From: a virus
Lineage: Duplodnaviria > Caudoviricetes
Length of the DNA: 59,738 nt
Reading direction: 5' to 3' (one strand)
Virus record (IMG/VR): IMGVR_UViG_3300037462_000184
Location: 1 to 59,738 of that record
The notes beneath the pieces are model-generated. The model searched no databases, was not told the DNA's origin, and saw nothing but the letters and a program-made list of their open reading frames with translations. Below, piece after piece: positions 17,333 to 28,049 of the stretch (within the stretch, counting starts at the first letter, position 1; each line of letters starts with the position of its first letter). Both the position numbers and the translations under genes were made by a program.

Positions 17333-20300
17333 TCAGAGGATCCCGAAGCGCGCCAGCTCGACCGTGCCGGCGAGATTGAGGGCGGTCATGCGCGCGTCCT
17401 GAATGCGCATCCGGCCATCTGCGCCAACCTGCTCGAAGACGCCGATGTTTGCGTTCAGTGCGCGCAGGTTCGTGATCTGCACCAGACCGCCCACGTTGTT
17501 GTCTCGAAGCGCGGGCACGCCTTGGAATCCGCCCGCCCCCGCATCGAACGGCACGGCCTGCACGGTCCCCGGCGCCACTTCGCAGAACTTCCCGCGCGTC
17601 ATGAACAGGTACGGGTTGCTGTCGCCCGACCCGAACATTGTCACGAACGGCGCCGCGTTCGTCGCCCCGGCCGGCGCCGTGACCGTCATCCAAAGGCGCG
17701 TGTACCTGCTCTCAGAGTTCGCGTCGCCGTCGTCAGTAGTGCTGTTGATGCTTGGGTTGCCCGTTCCCACTACGCGCGCGCTCTGCCCGTTCGTGCCCCC
17801 AGCATTTGGAATCACTTGCTGCACCAGACCGCCGGCCGCGTTGAAGAAGTTAACCCCCAGCGCGCACGAGCACCGATGTTGATTCACTAGAAGCTGCCAC
17901 TGATAGGATCGGCCCGGCGTGACTTGGATATGGTTTGCGGGCGTCCCGTAGCCGGGTACCGCGATTGCATCCGCAACGTAGGCGCCAAGCGCGAACGTCG
18001 CACCGTTGACCATATAGGCCGTTTCATTCGCGTTCAACCTATAGGTTCCATCCCCCCAAACCAGCAAACCCGTGCCCAGCGTTGTCCAGCCCGACGTGTC
18101 ACCATTCAGGAACGACGGATTGCGCAGCAGGTTGCCGCCGGCACCGCTTGGCACCACGGGCAACAGATCAGCAATCTCCGGCTCACTGCCGTCGCACAAG
18201 TAAACCGCCGGGGCGTAAAAATCAGATCGCGAGTTGATCGGGGTGTAATACTGGTAGGCGCGGGTGCTGGCTGAAGTTGTGCCAGCCTCCCACCGGAAAT
18301 TCGTTCCGGGCACAACGCGTTCTCCGGTCACGCAGTCGTAAATCCCGGCTGCTTCGTTCGCAGGGAAGCTCGCCCCCGCCGGGTAAACGTACCCGACCAT
18401 CAGATACCAGCGCCCGACTATCGGCAGTTGAAAAACAGTGAAATATGGGTTGCTCTCGAACGCCCCGGACGAATTTCGCCCACCGCCCGCGCTTGACTGA
18501 AAACCCCAGTAGTTAGCCGTAGTTTCCCGATCAAGCCGTCGCACATACATTGCAAACATATACTTGCGATTCGGGTTTACGCGAAAGTTATTCGTACTCT
18601 CCGTGTCATAGCTGTTGTCCCACCCGCCGCCCGGATTCGCATTGGTCGTGTTCTCGCGCGCGCGCCAGACAGTGACGTTTCGACCGTCAGGGCCGTCAGT
18701 GTTCACGAACGTGTTCTCGCCCGCGTTGATCTGCCAACGATCCGTCGGGTTCGCGCTTGTGGCCCACCAGCTTGTGTCGATCTGGTTCCGGCGGAGCTGA
18801 CTCGACGCATACCGAGCGGGAAGCTGCACCGTCGCAGACAAGTAAGGGACGCCGTTCCCGTCCCTCAGTTCGAGGTTCGTGCCGTCGATGCTGACCGCCT
18901 TGATCGTGTTCGCGACCACGCCGCGACCATCGATCAGTACACCGTTCGGCCCCGCATCCCATGGCACAGGCTGGGTCGTTCCGGGGGGCACCTCGTTGCA
19001 CGCAACGCGCGCCATGAAAAGGTAGGGATCGTTGGTCGCACCGACGTTGCTACGGCGCATGCCAAGCATGACAGCCGCCCTGACCGCTCCCACTGGGGCA
19101 ACCGCAGTCCCGTAGATCAGGGCGTACTGTGAGAGCCGCGTGGCAGTCGTGCCGATGCTATCAACCTGAGCGGTGCCGCCCCCAAGCACTCCCCAAACGA
19201 TCCCGTTCCCGTTCGCGTCATAGAAGATCAGGCCGAGAACCGCGAGCGCTCGATGCGGGTTCACCAGCGCCTGAGCCTGATAGGTTTTGCCCGGCTGCAC
19301 CGGGAACTGCGAGCTGTATAGGTCGAGCGCAGCTTCGGCCTGATTGAACGAGCCGGGCTTGAGGATGTATCCCGTTTCATTGCCATTCAATCGATAGTCG
19401 GAGTTGAAAATGCCGTACTGCGGGGTGCTGGTGTTTTGCCCGCTCCACGTACCCCAATCCCATCCGATACCCCATCCATCGGTCTGCCCGTTGAGCCACG
19501 TCGGGTTGCGCAGCAGGTTCGTGCCGCCGCTACTGACGACGAGCGCGCCATTGATCAGTGTGGTGTCCTGCCCGTTCACAACCCCGCTGGTGAACACCTG
19601 TCGGAGCGGTTCGTTCACGTCACCCGGCCGAACGACCGAGAATCGGTCTGCGATGACTACGACCTCGCTTTGGGTCGACGTGCCGCTGGCACTGGCGTTG
19701 ATGCCGATACCCGCGACCGCCTGCCGCCCGTCAGAGCGCGCCTGCACCTTGATGGTGTAGTTACTCTCGACGGTCGCGACTCGGCTCTGCGCGTTCGCCG
19801 CGTTCGTGACCGCCGTAGATGCAGTGACCTCGACAGCCCCCAGCGCGGCGCTCTTTCGGCGCACAGTGGGCGCGGCAAAGTACACGGTTTTCGAGCCGTC
19901 GCCGCTGTAGCCGATCCACATGACGGGAAGGATCAGCGTAGTTCCAGCCGGCGCGGTGAACGTGCCTGTAACCCTCGTCCAACCGGTTGCCGAAGCTGCG
20001 CCAACGGCAACCGCCGGGGTGCTGAAAATCGTTCCGGCGCTGTTGTAGATGTAAAAAAGGATGCCGCAGGGAACGCCGGGCGCGACGTTTGCACCCACCC
20101 AAACCTCGCAGTCGAACACCTCACCCGGCACGGCGCCGTAGCGCGCCAGCGTCTCGCCGGAGATGACAAACGGAACGGTGTCGCGCTGAGTCGTTCTCAG
20201 CACGTACATGGCGGGCGCCCCAGCGGGTACGCCCGATGCGGTCCGATCGAGCATCATCCCGGCGGGCCAGATTCCAGCGCTCGGAATGAACATCGGGTTA

Positions 20301-22735
20301 GGAACAAACTCGCCCGCGTTCAGGCCCGCTTGAAGGCTGGTGATCTGTGCAGCGTTGGCCGAATCGCCGTCGACGCGCGCTTGGTTGACCGTAGCGATCG
20401 ATGCGCTCAGGTCCGCCACTGCCTTGCTCAGAGAGTCGTTCTCAAGGCGAAGCTGCTCCACCTCCATCCACGCGCCGGCCGTGCCCGCATCCATCAGCCC
20501 GATGCCGAACGCCATCTCGACAGCGTTGCTTGGAATCGCCTGCCCTTGCGCGCCGAACGTCGTCGTGTACTCCTGAAACGAGGCTGGGGGCATGACGTTG
20601 CCGAACGGGTAGAACGACCACGCGCCGCCGGAAATCACATTCCCAGCGGTATCAAGCTCTTGGCCTGCCGCGTTGTAGAAGCGGATCGCCGGGTATGCGA
20701 AGCGGTTGCCGCCGGGCGCCTGCCGCAGCCTGCATCGGAACCGGTACGTCGTGCCCTGCTGCACTGGGATGCGCACCTTTTCCGTGATCCAGCTCACGCC
20801 TGTGGCCCGGAACGCGAAGCGGCCGGCGGCGGAGCCCTGCACGCGCGTAGGCGCGACGCCGATCTGCACGTCCCAGAACTCCGACACGCTGGTGAGTCCG
20901 GGGTCGCGATTCAGTGCACCCGATTGGCTCGACACCGCAATGGTGTCGATTCTCTGGCCCAGCGCGCCTACGGCAGTCGCGCGCGCGGTGGACTCGCTGT
21001 TGATCAGACTGGTGAGCGTCGAGTTGTTGTTCGTTACCGTGCTCTGAAGGCTGGTGATCTGCGAAGCGAGCGCGTTGTCGCCATCTACGCGCGCCTGATT
21101 GACCGTCGTGATCGACGCATTCAGCTCGGCAACACTGCGCGCCAGCTCCGCGTCCTCAAGGCGAATCTGCTCGACCTCCATCCCGCCGACGGTGCCGCCG
21201 TGCTGCGAGATGCAGCCGATGGTCATTTCCGTGGCATCGGTCGGGATCGCGAACAGCCCGGCGCCGAACTCAACCGAGTAGTCTGTCCAGTTGCTTGTCG
21301 GGTTCTGATTGACGACCGGGTAGAACTCCCAAAAACCGGATTGCCCCGGCACGGGCGCGGGGCTGCCGTCCGCCTTGCGGAACCGAACAACGAGGTACAG
21401 CGTGCCGTCGCTGCCATTGATCCGACGCGCGCGGATGCGAGCGCGATACCGGCGCCCGTTGATGTAGGGGATCCACTTCTTTTCGTGGAACCAGCTCTCA
21501 ACCACGCTACGGAAGGCGAAGCGACCGGGCGATGATCCCGCAACCCGCGCCGGAGTCGCGCCGGTTCCCAGTTGCCAGAACTCCGCGAAGCTCGTCAGGT
21601 CGGGGTCAAGGTTCAGCGCTCCGGCTTGGCTCGACGCCGTGAGAACGTCGATTCGTCCGCTGATCGCCGTATCGGCCGCCGCGAACGCCGTGTAAACCGT
21701 GCTGATCGCGGCCGTGGTGTTCGCGCGATCGGTGTTGACCGTCGACGTGAGCGCGTTGATCGACGAATTGAGAACGCCGTCAGCCGCCGCGCGCGCCGCA
21801 ATCTCGTCGGTCAGCCCTTGTGCCGTGGACTGCGCCAGATTCGTCGTGACGTTCAGCGAGGTGGACAGCGATGGGATCTGCGCCACAAGAGGGTTGATCG
21901 AGTCAACTTCAAGGCGAAGCTGCGCCGCCGCCGCCGCTGCCGCTGCCGCACCGATCTGCGCCGCGCTCGCGGTACCCTGCGCCGCCGCCGCCGCCGCCGC
22001 CGCTGCTGCCGCTGCCGCCGCGTTCGCGCTTTGCCCGTTGATCCGGTTCTGGATCTCGCCGTTCAGGCTGTTCTCGATGCCGTCAACCCGCTCAGAACTG
22101 ACGCCGCCGCCCGCACCGGGGTTGATAGGCTGGCCGTTGAGCGTGATCGAACCCACAACCGCCAGCGCGCCAGTGATCGACGCAAGGCCGTTGATTGCCG
22201 CCGCCGCGCCGCCGCCGGCCCCGCCCGTGGCCACAAGTCCGCCCTGCGCCTGAAGCGGCCCCTGAACCTGCGCAACGCCCGTGATCTTGGTCAGCGGGGA
22301 GTTCAGCTCGACCTTGTTGCGCGCCTGCGTGATCTGCTGATCGACCTTTACCAGCTCGGTCGGCGCCTCGACCTCGACGCGCTCGGCGGCCAGCGTGCGC
22401 GCTTTGCCGGTCAGCGCCTCGACCTCGATGTTGTCCTGATGAAAGCGGCGCCAGCCCAGTGCGTTGCCCTCTTCTTTTGGCCGGTAGCCGACGATGATCG
22501 GGTGCCGGGAGTCTCCGCCGTGGAACTCAACCCACACCCGGTCGCCCGGCACGACTCGAACCTCTGTGTGCTCGGACTTGTCGCCAAAGCCGTACAGGAA
22601 CGATGCCTCTGGCAGCACTGCGGCGCCATCGGTCAGGCCATCGATGCGCACGCGCGCGGTGCGCTTTGGCGCGTCGTAGCTCTCGACGGTTGCGGGGAAC
22701 TTGCCCGTCAGATTCACTCGACCACTCCCAGCCAT
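17333..22735 (-). CDS. Baseplate spike (gp5/gpV-like OB fold) fused to a long fibre with carbohydrate-binding-like repeats and a lambda-J-like segment
   Basis: N-terminal VPGDRVWVEFHGGDSRHPIIVGYR; coiled coils; repeated NLLRNP and ALNxDP modules; YTIKVQ...AGIGI...ADRFSV segment. Confidence 0.8.
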   Translation of the reverse strand: MAGSGRVNLTGKFPATVESYDAPKRTARVRIDGLTDGAAVLPEASFLYGFGDKSEHTEVRVVPGDRVWVEFHGGDSRHPIIVGYRPKEEGNALGWRRFHQDNIEVEALTGKARTLAAERVEVEAPTELVKVDQQITQARNKVELNSPLTKITGVAQVQGPLQAQGGLVATGGAGGGAAAAINGLASITGALAVVGSITLNGQPINPGAGGGVSSERVDGIENSLNGEIQNRINGQSANAAAAAAAAAAAAAAQGTASAAQIGAAAAAAAAAQLRLEVDSINPLVAQIPSLSTSLNVTTNLAQSTAQGLTDEIAARAAADGVLNSSINALTSTVNTDRANTTAAISTVYTAFAAADTAISGRIDVLTASSQAGALNLDPDLTSFAEFWQLGTGATPARVAGSSPGRFAFRSVVESWFHEKKWIPYINGRRYRARIRARRINGSDGTLYLVVRFRKADGSPAPVPGQSGFWEFYPVVNQNPTSNWTDYSVEFGAGLFAIPTDATEMTIGCISQHGGTVGGMEVEQIRLEDAELARSVAELNASITTVNQARVDGDNALASQITSLQSTVTNNNSTLTSLINSESTARATAVGALGQRIDTIAVSSQSGALNRDPGLTSVSEFWDVQIGVAPTRVQGSAAGRFAFRATGVSWITEKVRIPVQQGTTYRFRCRLRQAPGGNRFAYPAIRFYNAAGQELDTAGNVISGGAWSFYPFGNVMPPASFQEYTTTFGAQGQAIPSNAVEMAFGIGLMDAGTAGAWMEVEQLRLENDSLSKAVADLSASIATVNQARVDGDSANAAQITSLQAGLNAGEFVPNPMFIPSAGIWPAGMMLDRTASGVPAGAPAMYVLRTTQRDTVPFVISGETLARYGAVPGEVFDCEVWVGANVAPGVPCGILFYIYNSAGTIFSTPAVAVGAASATGWTRVTGTFTAPAGTTLILPVMWIGYSGDGSKTVYFAAPTVRRKSAALGAVEVTASTAVTNAANAQSRVATVESNYTIKVQARSDGRQAVAGIGINASASGTSTQSEVVVIADRFSVVRPGDVNEPLRQVFTSGVVNGQDTTLINGALVVSSGGTNLLRNPTWLNGQTDGWGIGWDWGTWSGQNTSTPQYGIFNSDYRLNGNETGYILKPGSFNQAEAALDLYSSQFPVQPGKTYQAQALVNPHRALAVLGLIFYDANGNGIVWGVLGGGTAQVDSIGTTATRLSQYALIYGTAVAPVGAVRAAVMLGMRRSNVGATNDPYLFMARVACNEVPPGTTQPVPWDAGPNGVLIDGRGVVANTIKAVSIDGTNLELRDGNGVPYLSATVQLPARYASSQLRRNQIDTSWWATSANPTDRWQINAGENTFVNTDGPDGRNVTVWRARENTTNANPGGGWDNSYDTESTNNFRVNPNRKYMFAMYVRRLDRETTANYWGFQSSAGGGRNSSGAFESNPYFTVFQLPIVGRWYLMVGYVYPAGASFPANEAAGIYDCVTGERVVPGTNFRWEAGTTSASTRAYQYYTPINSRSDFYAPAVYLCDGSEPEIADLLPVVPSGAGGNLLRNPSFLNGDTSGWTTLGTGLLVWGDGTYRLNANETAYMVNGATFALGAYVADAIAVPGYGTPANHIQVTPGRSYQWQLLVNQHRCSCALGVNFFNAAGGLVQQVIPNAGGTNGQSARVVGTGNPSINSTTDDGDANSESRYTRLWMTVTAPAGATNAAPFVTMFGSGDSNPYLFMTRGKFCEVAPGTVQAVPFDAGAGGFQGVPALRDNNVGGLVQITNLRALNANIGVFEQVGADGRMRIQDARMTALNLAGTVELARFGIL

Positions 22736-23604
22736 AGGCGCGAATACTGGTTTGCCGGTCCGCCGTCGGAGCCGGATTCAACGACGTGCGCGGCCGTGAT
22801 CACGACGAAGGGCTCGCCGGCCACGGAGACGCAATCGCCTGCATTGATGTGAGCCGCCAGCCGCCCGGTCACAACCTTGCGCAGCACCAGAGCCCGCGTC
22901 ATGTTGTTGAGCTGGCGCGGCCCGGTGCGCGGCAGGAATGCAGCTACGCGCGGCCGCGATCGATCGCCAAACACCTGAGCCCCGCTGCTGTTCGTGCTGA
23001 AGAACCATGGCACCGTCTGGCGCTCAAGGAAACCGCTCTCGACGTTCTCTGCCTCGTCGCGCTCGATGCGGCTGACTGGCTCTTGGCCGGGCAGATCGGC
23101 GATGCGCGAGAACCGCAGCTTTGACTCGGACAGCCGGGCCACGGCCGCCTCTTCCTGAAGCGCGCGGGCTACCGCAAAACTCGGCACCTCGCCTGCCAGA
23201 CACACGAAGCGCTGCACCGCGAAGTCCTCGACTACCGGTGCCGTTGCCCCGCACGCGCGATACACGCGCGCCATGCTCGTGCTCTCAAGGCCGACGGCCT
23301 GCTGCCGGCGAAAGCTGATCTGGTGACACGAATCAAGCAGAGCCGTGATCCGCGCGCCGCGAACATCGGTATCGCCCTGCACTATCGCGCCGTCACGCCT
23401 GCGCTCGACCTTGATTACGCGGAAGGCGTCGCCATCGAACCCAGCGTTGAACGTGGCGCCCTCTTGAAGCTGCTCGACCACCGCATCCGTGTCGCGCACC
23501 TCAAGCTCGACCGACGCGGGGACGGGCGTCAGGTCTGTCCGGTGAATGGCGCTGATCAGCGAATCCCCAGCCAGCACCGACCCGTCTTGCAGCTCGATGC
23601 GCAT
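22714..23604 (-). CDS. Baseplate hub protein (P1 gp6-like)
   Basis: RTDLTPVPASVE motif; immediately upstream of the spike gene. Confidence 0.65.
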   Translation of the reverse strand: MRIELQDGSVLAGDSLISAIHRTDLTPVPASVELEVRDTDAVVEQLQEGATFNAGFDGDAFRVIKVERRRDGAIVQGDTDVRGARITALLDSCHQISFRRQQAVGLESTSMARVYRACGATAPVVEDFAVQRFVCLAGEVPSFAVARALQEEAAVARLSESKLRFSRIADLPGQEPVSRIERDEAENVESGFLERQTVPWFFSTNSSGAQVFGDRSRPRVAAFLPRTGPRQLNNMTRALVLRKVVTGRLAAHINAGDCVSVAGEPFVVITAAHVVESGSDGGPANQYSRLWLGVVE

Positions 23605-23607
23605 GGG

Positions 23608-24030
23608 TTACACCTCTTCGTCAGGCAACCCGATGCTGACCGGCTTTGCAGAGAACGCGGCCTTGGGTAGCTCGCGCTCAAGCGTCTCGATTTGCTGCGC
23701 AATCTCGGACGCACTGCGGCCAAACACATCCAGACCGAGCCCGCGAGTTGCCTCAAGGCGTAGCGCGTTCTCGTGATCCGTGTAGGCCACGAACAGGGGC
23801 TCGATCACGCCCCATTCGGACGCCGTGAGACTGAGCCCTTCATTGATCGACGACAGAGGGCGGGACGTTGCCGTCCAGCCGTCAGGGGGCGTTGTGAAGC
23901 GCGAGTAGGCGGCGAACTTGCGCGCCGCCCGCACCGCCTGCCCGAGCACTTCAGCGGGATCCAGAGAGAGCCCGCCGGTTGCCCGGCTCTCAATGAAACC
24001 GTCGACCAGCTCTTGCAGGGTCATGGTCAA
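23608..24030 (-). CDS. Virion morphogenesis protein (possible head-tail adaptor)
   Basis: 140-aa ORF tightly packed in the structural operon. Confidence 0.5.
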   Translation of the reverse strand: MTMTLQELVDGFIESRATGGLSLDPAEVLGQAVRAARKFAAYSRFTTPPDGWTATSRPLSSINEGLSLTASEWGVIEPLFVAYTDHENALRLEATRGLGLDVFGRSASEIAQQIETLERELPKAAFSAKPVSIGLPDEEV

Positions 24031-24036
24031 CCCTGC

Positions 24037-24540
24037 TTAGACTGCGGGCGCGTTGCCGGGTACGGTTTCGCCGAAGTAGTGGAAAAACAGCGTGCCGGTG
24101 ATCAGCACGATCTGAGAGCGGTTCTCCCAGTCGCGATCCGGGTTGTCCGCCTGAAAGAAGGCGTCACGAATGCGCACGCCGCGCACGAAGCGATCCGGCG
24201 TGCCCTCGTACACCACGGCATCGAACCGGCCGCCATTGCGCGCCACGACCTCACGCAAGAACCGGTCAACGGCGCCGGTCTTGGTTTCGGTCAGGGCGAT
24301 TTGGCCTTGATGATTGGTGCGAACCTGCTGCGCCATCCACGCGGCGGAGCCCAGCGGCATCGCCACCTCGATTTCGCCCTGCGGCGCCACCACAGGCCAT
24401 GGGAACTGCTTGATCAGCAGGTACAGACTCTCGAAGCCGACCGGCTCGAACGTGGCGTCAGAGCTGATCGCCTTGTCGCCAAGCGCGCGAGACTGCGTGT
24501 AGAAGTTCTTGAGGTACTCAGGGGGTTGGACGTTCGACAT
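24037..24540 (-). CDS. Tail tube protein (P1 BplB-like)
   Basis: 167 aa, beta-rich; GAAAGG RBS; preceded by the late-promoter motif. Confidence 0.65.
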   Translation of the reverse strand: MSNVQPPEYLKNFYTQSRALGDKAISSDATFEPVGFESLYLLIKQFPWPVVAPQGEIEVAMPLGSAAWMAQQVRTNHQGQIALTETKTGAVDRFLREVVARNGGRFDAVVYEGTPDRFVRGVRIRDAFFQADNPDRDWENRSQIVLITGTLFFHYFGETVPGNAPAV

Positions 24541-24622
24541 GATCGGCCTTTCTGTGCCCGTCGGCACTTCCGATCAGTCTCTTTGCCCTTTGCTTGCGCC
24601 CGGCCTGAGTTTTCCGAAACGC

Positions 24623-24868
24623 TCAGGCTGCCCGCGTCAGCTCTGGATACGTCGTAGCCAAGCTCGCATCCTGAAGACGCCGAAGCTCCGCGAGAACCAG
24701 CTCGATTTGCTCGGAGACAAGCTCAAGGGTGTCGGCCAAGTTCTCGTCGCCGTGCCCGCGAGCCACCTGAGTGCACAGGGCGGCAACCGATTGCACCCTT
24801 CCGGCACGGGATCGAATTGACTCAAATAGAACGGCGGGCGTAGCCACTTCTGCATTGGAGAGCGTCAT
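24623..24868 (-). CDS. Small helical hypothetical protein
   Basis: 81 aa, preceded by an AT-rich intergenic stretch (about 24870-24985). Confidence 0.45.
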   Translation of the reverse strand: MTLSNAEVATPAVLFESIRSRAGRVQSVAALCTQVARGHGDENLADTLELVSEQIELVLAELRRLQDASLATTYPELTRAA

Positions 24869-24987
24869 ATCAAGTTTCGCTGTACTTTTTTGTCATCGAA
24901 ATGCTACACGCCACCCCGGCTCACGGTTGAATTTTTGTTCACTTTATCCAGAAATTAGGGGAGGGGTTCAGGCTAAACACCTACCAG

Positions 24988-27246
24988 CTACTGCCCAATT
25001 CCCCCGGTCGCAATATGGGCAATCGACCGGTCACTGACGTTCTGGCTGGCCTTGTCGCGCGCCGGCAGCAGCACCACGCTGCGCGGCTTCTGGCTGTTGA
25101 GCTGATCGAACCCGCCGCCCGCCACGACCGGCGGGATCGTGGGCACGGCCAGCGCCTGCGGCTTGGCTGACAGCATGGACTCCATGGTCATTGCCGGCAG
25201 GCCAAGCGCGCCGCCAGACCGGTTCATCATGCTCCGATAGGCCCAGCTCTGAAGGTCGCCGGCCGTGCGAACGCTCGCGAAGATGGACGAGTTCGCCTTG
25301 ATCTGCTCGGCACTCAGAAGCTGCTCGATCGGAGTATTGAGGCCGGCGCCTAGCACCTTGCTCGCGCCACCAGCACCCAAGAAGTGCGCGAGATACGCGG
25401 CCTGCGGGCTGCTGCCCACTTTGCCCATATTGGCCTTCAGGAACTCCGCGCCCATCAGCGCGCTCACGCGCGGGTCCGTGCGCATCGCGAGAACCTGCTC
25501 GCGGGTCATGCCGGCGGTGTTGATCCCGTGCTTCGCCCCGTGCTCGCCGATCGTGTCCAGCCACGTGCGATCGACGAACTGAAACAGGCCCGTCGCGCTC
25601 GACGTTCCGGCGCGCGCCGACGGATTGAGGCTCGATTCCTTGCTCGCAATCGTGGCAAGCAGCGCGGGATCCACGCCCACGGCCGCCGCCGCCTCGCGAA
25701 TGGCCTGCTGCGTCGCGGCATCCGCGCGATTCCAGCCCATGACCGCGCCGATGCGGTCTGCTGCATTGCCGGCGAAAGTGCGCACCCCCTGAACTGCCCG
25801 GCCGCCCACATCTCGCGCCTGATCAATCGCCTGCCCTGTCCTGTTCGCCAGCCAGCGCCCGGCCTGCACGCCCGGCAGGTTCATGACGAACTCGGTCAGC
25901 ACCTCGAACGCCTTGCGTCCGGGCTCGATCACGTACTGATCGAACGCCTTGATGCCGCGATCCCACGCCCCGCTGACCGTGGAGACGATCTTGTCCCAGC
26001 TTTCACCCGTGACGCGGCCTATCGTCTCTCCGACGTAGCCCAAGCCCATCGCGCCGACGATGCCGCCCACGACCGTCCCGATGCCCGGCAGTAGTGCCGT
26101 GCCGATCGCCATACCCAGCGCCGCACCGCCCAAGCCGCCGGCCAGCGTGCCGCCTGCGCGGAACCCCGCTGTGCGCCGCTGAGCCGTCGGCAACGAGCTG
26201 TCGAATGCATCAGCCCCAACGATGCCAGCCGCAAGCAGGGGGCCGATGATCGGAAGCCTGCGGGCCAGCGCGCCGCCCACACGCCCCAGACCGCCCAGAG
26301 CACGCCCGCCAAGGCGCCCGGCGCCAGCCAAAAGGCCGCCCGCCGCGCCGCCGGCCAGACCCGCAACGCCGCTACCGATCAGGCCCGCCGCGTTCGGGAA
26401 CAGGCTCAGCAGCCCGCCTATCCCGCCGCCGACCCCGGCAACGGCCCGGCCGCCGCCTTCGGTCATCAGCCGAAGCATGCGCCGCAGGATGCCGGTTTGC
26501 TTCTTTTCCTCGACGGCTTCAGGGTTGCCGCGCCCGAAGATCCGCGCGAACCCGCGCCCCAGCGGCCCGGCGACAGCCAGCACCGGTTCGGCGATCGCCT
26601 TCGCCGTGTCGATCGTCGCGGAAACCGCCTGCTTGGCCTCGGAGATGGCGGCCAGTGCTGGGTCGATATCCGGGGGCTCTGCCAGTGCAGCAGCCGCTTG
26701 CGAAAGCGAACTGCCGGCGTCGTTCAGCGTCCGTGCAGCGCCAGAGAACCCGCCCTCGTTGCTCGCGCCCGCCCCCGGCCGCTGCCCCGCCGCGAATCGC
26801 CCGCGCGCGTCACGCTCGGCCGCCGCAGCCTGCTCCGCCTGAGCGGCACTGCTTCGCGGCACCCGGCGGCCAGAGCGCACCGTCTGCTCTGCCACCGCCG
26901 CGACAGCCGCAGCCTCGTGCGCGCGCGCCGCAGCGCTGCCTCTCTGAACGGCAGACACCGCAGATGCCGTGCGCTGTGCGACGAACCGGCCCAGCTCGTC
27001 CCGTGCGCGCATCGATGCAGCCGCCGAACGGTTCGGGCTCGGTCCGGCGGATGCGTGCGCGCGCCCAGAAGCGACCGCAGCCGCGCTCTTGCGCGACGCC
27101 GCCGCGCCGTCACGGAACAGCCGGACAAGCTGCGCCGTATCGCCCTTGATCGACGTGACCAGAGGCAAAAAGTCGTCAGCCCAGTCGATCGGCTCGCCTT
27201 TCAGGTAGCCGTCACTGTCTGCTCGCAGACCGCTCTCGTTCATCAC
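24988..27246 (-). CDS. Tape measure protein with lytic transglycosylase domain (P1 Sit-like)
   Basis: Ala/Gly-rich body with TM-like segment; C-terminal KESSLNP...SSATGLFQF...YLAHFLG. Confidence 0.85.
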   Translation of the reverse strand: MMNESGLRADSDGYLKGEPIDWADDFLPLVTSIKGDTAQLVRLFRDGAAASRKSAAAVASGRAHASAGPSPNRSAAASMRARDELGRFVAQRTASAVSAVQRGSAAARAHEAAAVAAVAEQTVRSGRRVPRSSAAQAEQAAAAERDARGRFAAGQRPGAGASNEGGFSGAARTLNDAGSSLSQAAAALAEPPDIDPALAAISEAKQAVSATIDTAKAIAEPVLAVAGPLGRGFARIFGRGNPEAVEEKKQTGILRRMLRLMTEGGGRAVAGVGGGIGGLLSLFPNAAGLIGSGVAGLAGGAAGGLLAGAGRLGGRALGGLGRVGGALARRLPIIGPLLAAGIVGADAFDSSLPTAQRRTAGFRAGGTLAGGLGGAALGMAIGTALLPGIGTVVGGIVGAMGLGYVGETIGRVTGESWDKIVSTVSGAWDRGIKAFDQYVIEPGRKAFEVLTEFVMNLPGVQAGRWLANRTGQAIDQARDVGGRAVQGVRTFAGNAADRIGAVMGWNRADAATQQAIREAAAAVGVDPALLATIASKESSLNPSARAGTSSATGLFQFVDRTWLDTIGEHGAKHGINTAGMTREQVLAMRTDPRVSALMGAEFLKANMGKVGSSPQAAYLAHFLGAGGASKVLGAGLNTPIEQLLSAEQIKANSSIFASVRTAGDLQSWAYRSMMNRSGGALGLPAMTMESMLSAKPQALAVPTIPPVVAGGGFDQLNSQKPRSVVLLPARDKASQNVSDRSIAHIATGGIGQ

Positions 27247-28049
27247 TGCGCCCCCGATCCCATGAACGTGTCGAACTCAACGAAGCTCAACACGACTTCC
27301 TCGGCCGCCTGCTCGCGACGGCTCAGCGACAGCTCGACGTTCTCGATACGCATTGCGACGCGCTCGACGTATCCGATGCCGCGATCCCCGAGAACATCCA
27401 TGTGCGCAACCTTGACCGTGAACACGTATGAGGCCGGCACACCGAACAGACCGTTCGCGCGAGTCATCTGCGCAGCCTTCGCCTGAGCCCACCGCTTGAT
27501 GCGCCCTACGTCATCGTCCAGCGTCGTGACGCGCATCTGCACGCGCTCCGTTCCCTGAAGCGCGTCCATGTTCGCGCTGCCGATGCGCACCACGTCGCCG
27601 GACATGGTGTACGGGGCGTAGTCCACGTCCTGCGCGAACATATTGAGCCGCAGGGCCGCCAATCCACCGAAGCCCGGCGGGGGACTCCCGTCCTCGATCT
27701 CGATGTACCAGAGGTTCTTGCGCGAGTGCTTGATCGCGGCGAAACCCTTGTACATGCTGATCAGTTGGTTCATGGAGATACCAGCCGTCAGCTCGCTAGG
27801 CACGTCTTGCAGCGCGCTCACGTCAGGCGCCGGGGGCTCGCCCGGCCGCTGTGCGGGTGACTTCAGGTAAGGCAGCGTTGCCGTCAGGATTCGGCTTAGG
27901 CGGTTGATCGTCTCGTTGCGAGACGCCTCAAGCGCCGCGCGCTTCACGACACTCTCCCAGAGCGGGCCGACTTGCGGCGGAAGCTGCGCGCCGATCGCGC
28001 TCGTCGCGCCCCGAACCTCGTTCAGAAGGCGGTCAAGCGGGAGATTCAC
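27243..28049 (-). CDS. Tail/baseplate tube-like protein
   Basis: 268 aa, overlapping both portal and tape-measure genes by 4 nt. Confidence 0.5.
   Translation of the reverse strand: MNLPLDRLLNEVRGATSAIGAQLPPQVGPLWESVVKRAALEASRNETINRLSRILTATLPYLKSPAQRPGEPPAPDVSALQDVPSELTAGISMNQLISMYKGFAAIKHSRKNLWYIEIEDGSPPPGFGGLAALRLNMFAQDVDYAPYTMSGDVVRIGSANMDALQGTERVQMRVTTLDDDVGRIKRWAQAKAAQMTRANGLFGVPASYVFTVKVAHMDVLGDRGIGYVERVAMRIENVELSLSRREQAAEEVVLSFVEFDTFMGSGAQ

Noticed and set aside
15364-22735. Diversity-generating retroelement or invertible fibre cassette
   Set aside because: No reverse transcriptase, invertase, TR/VR pair or flanking inverted sites were recognised; internal repeats are diverged domain duplications.
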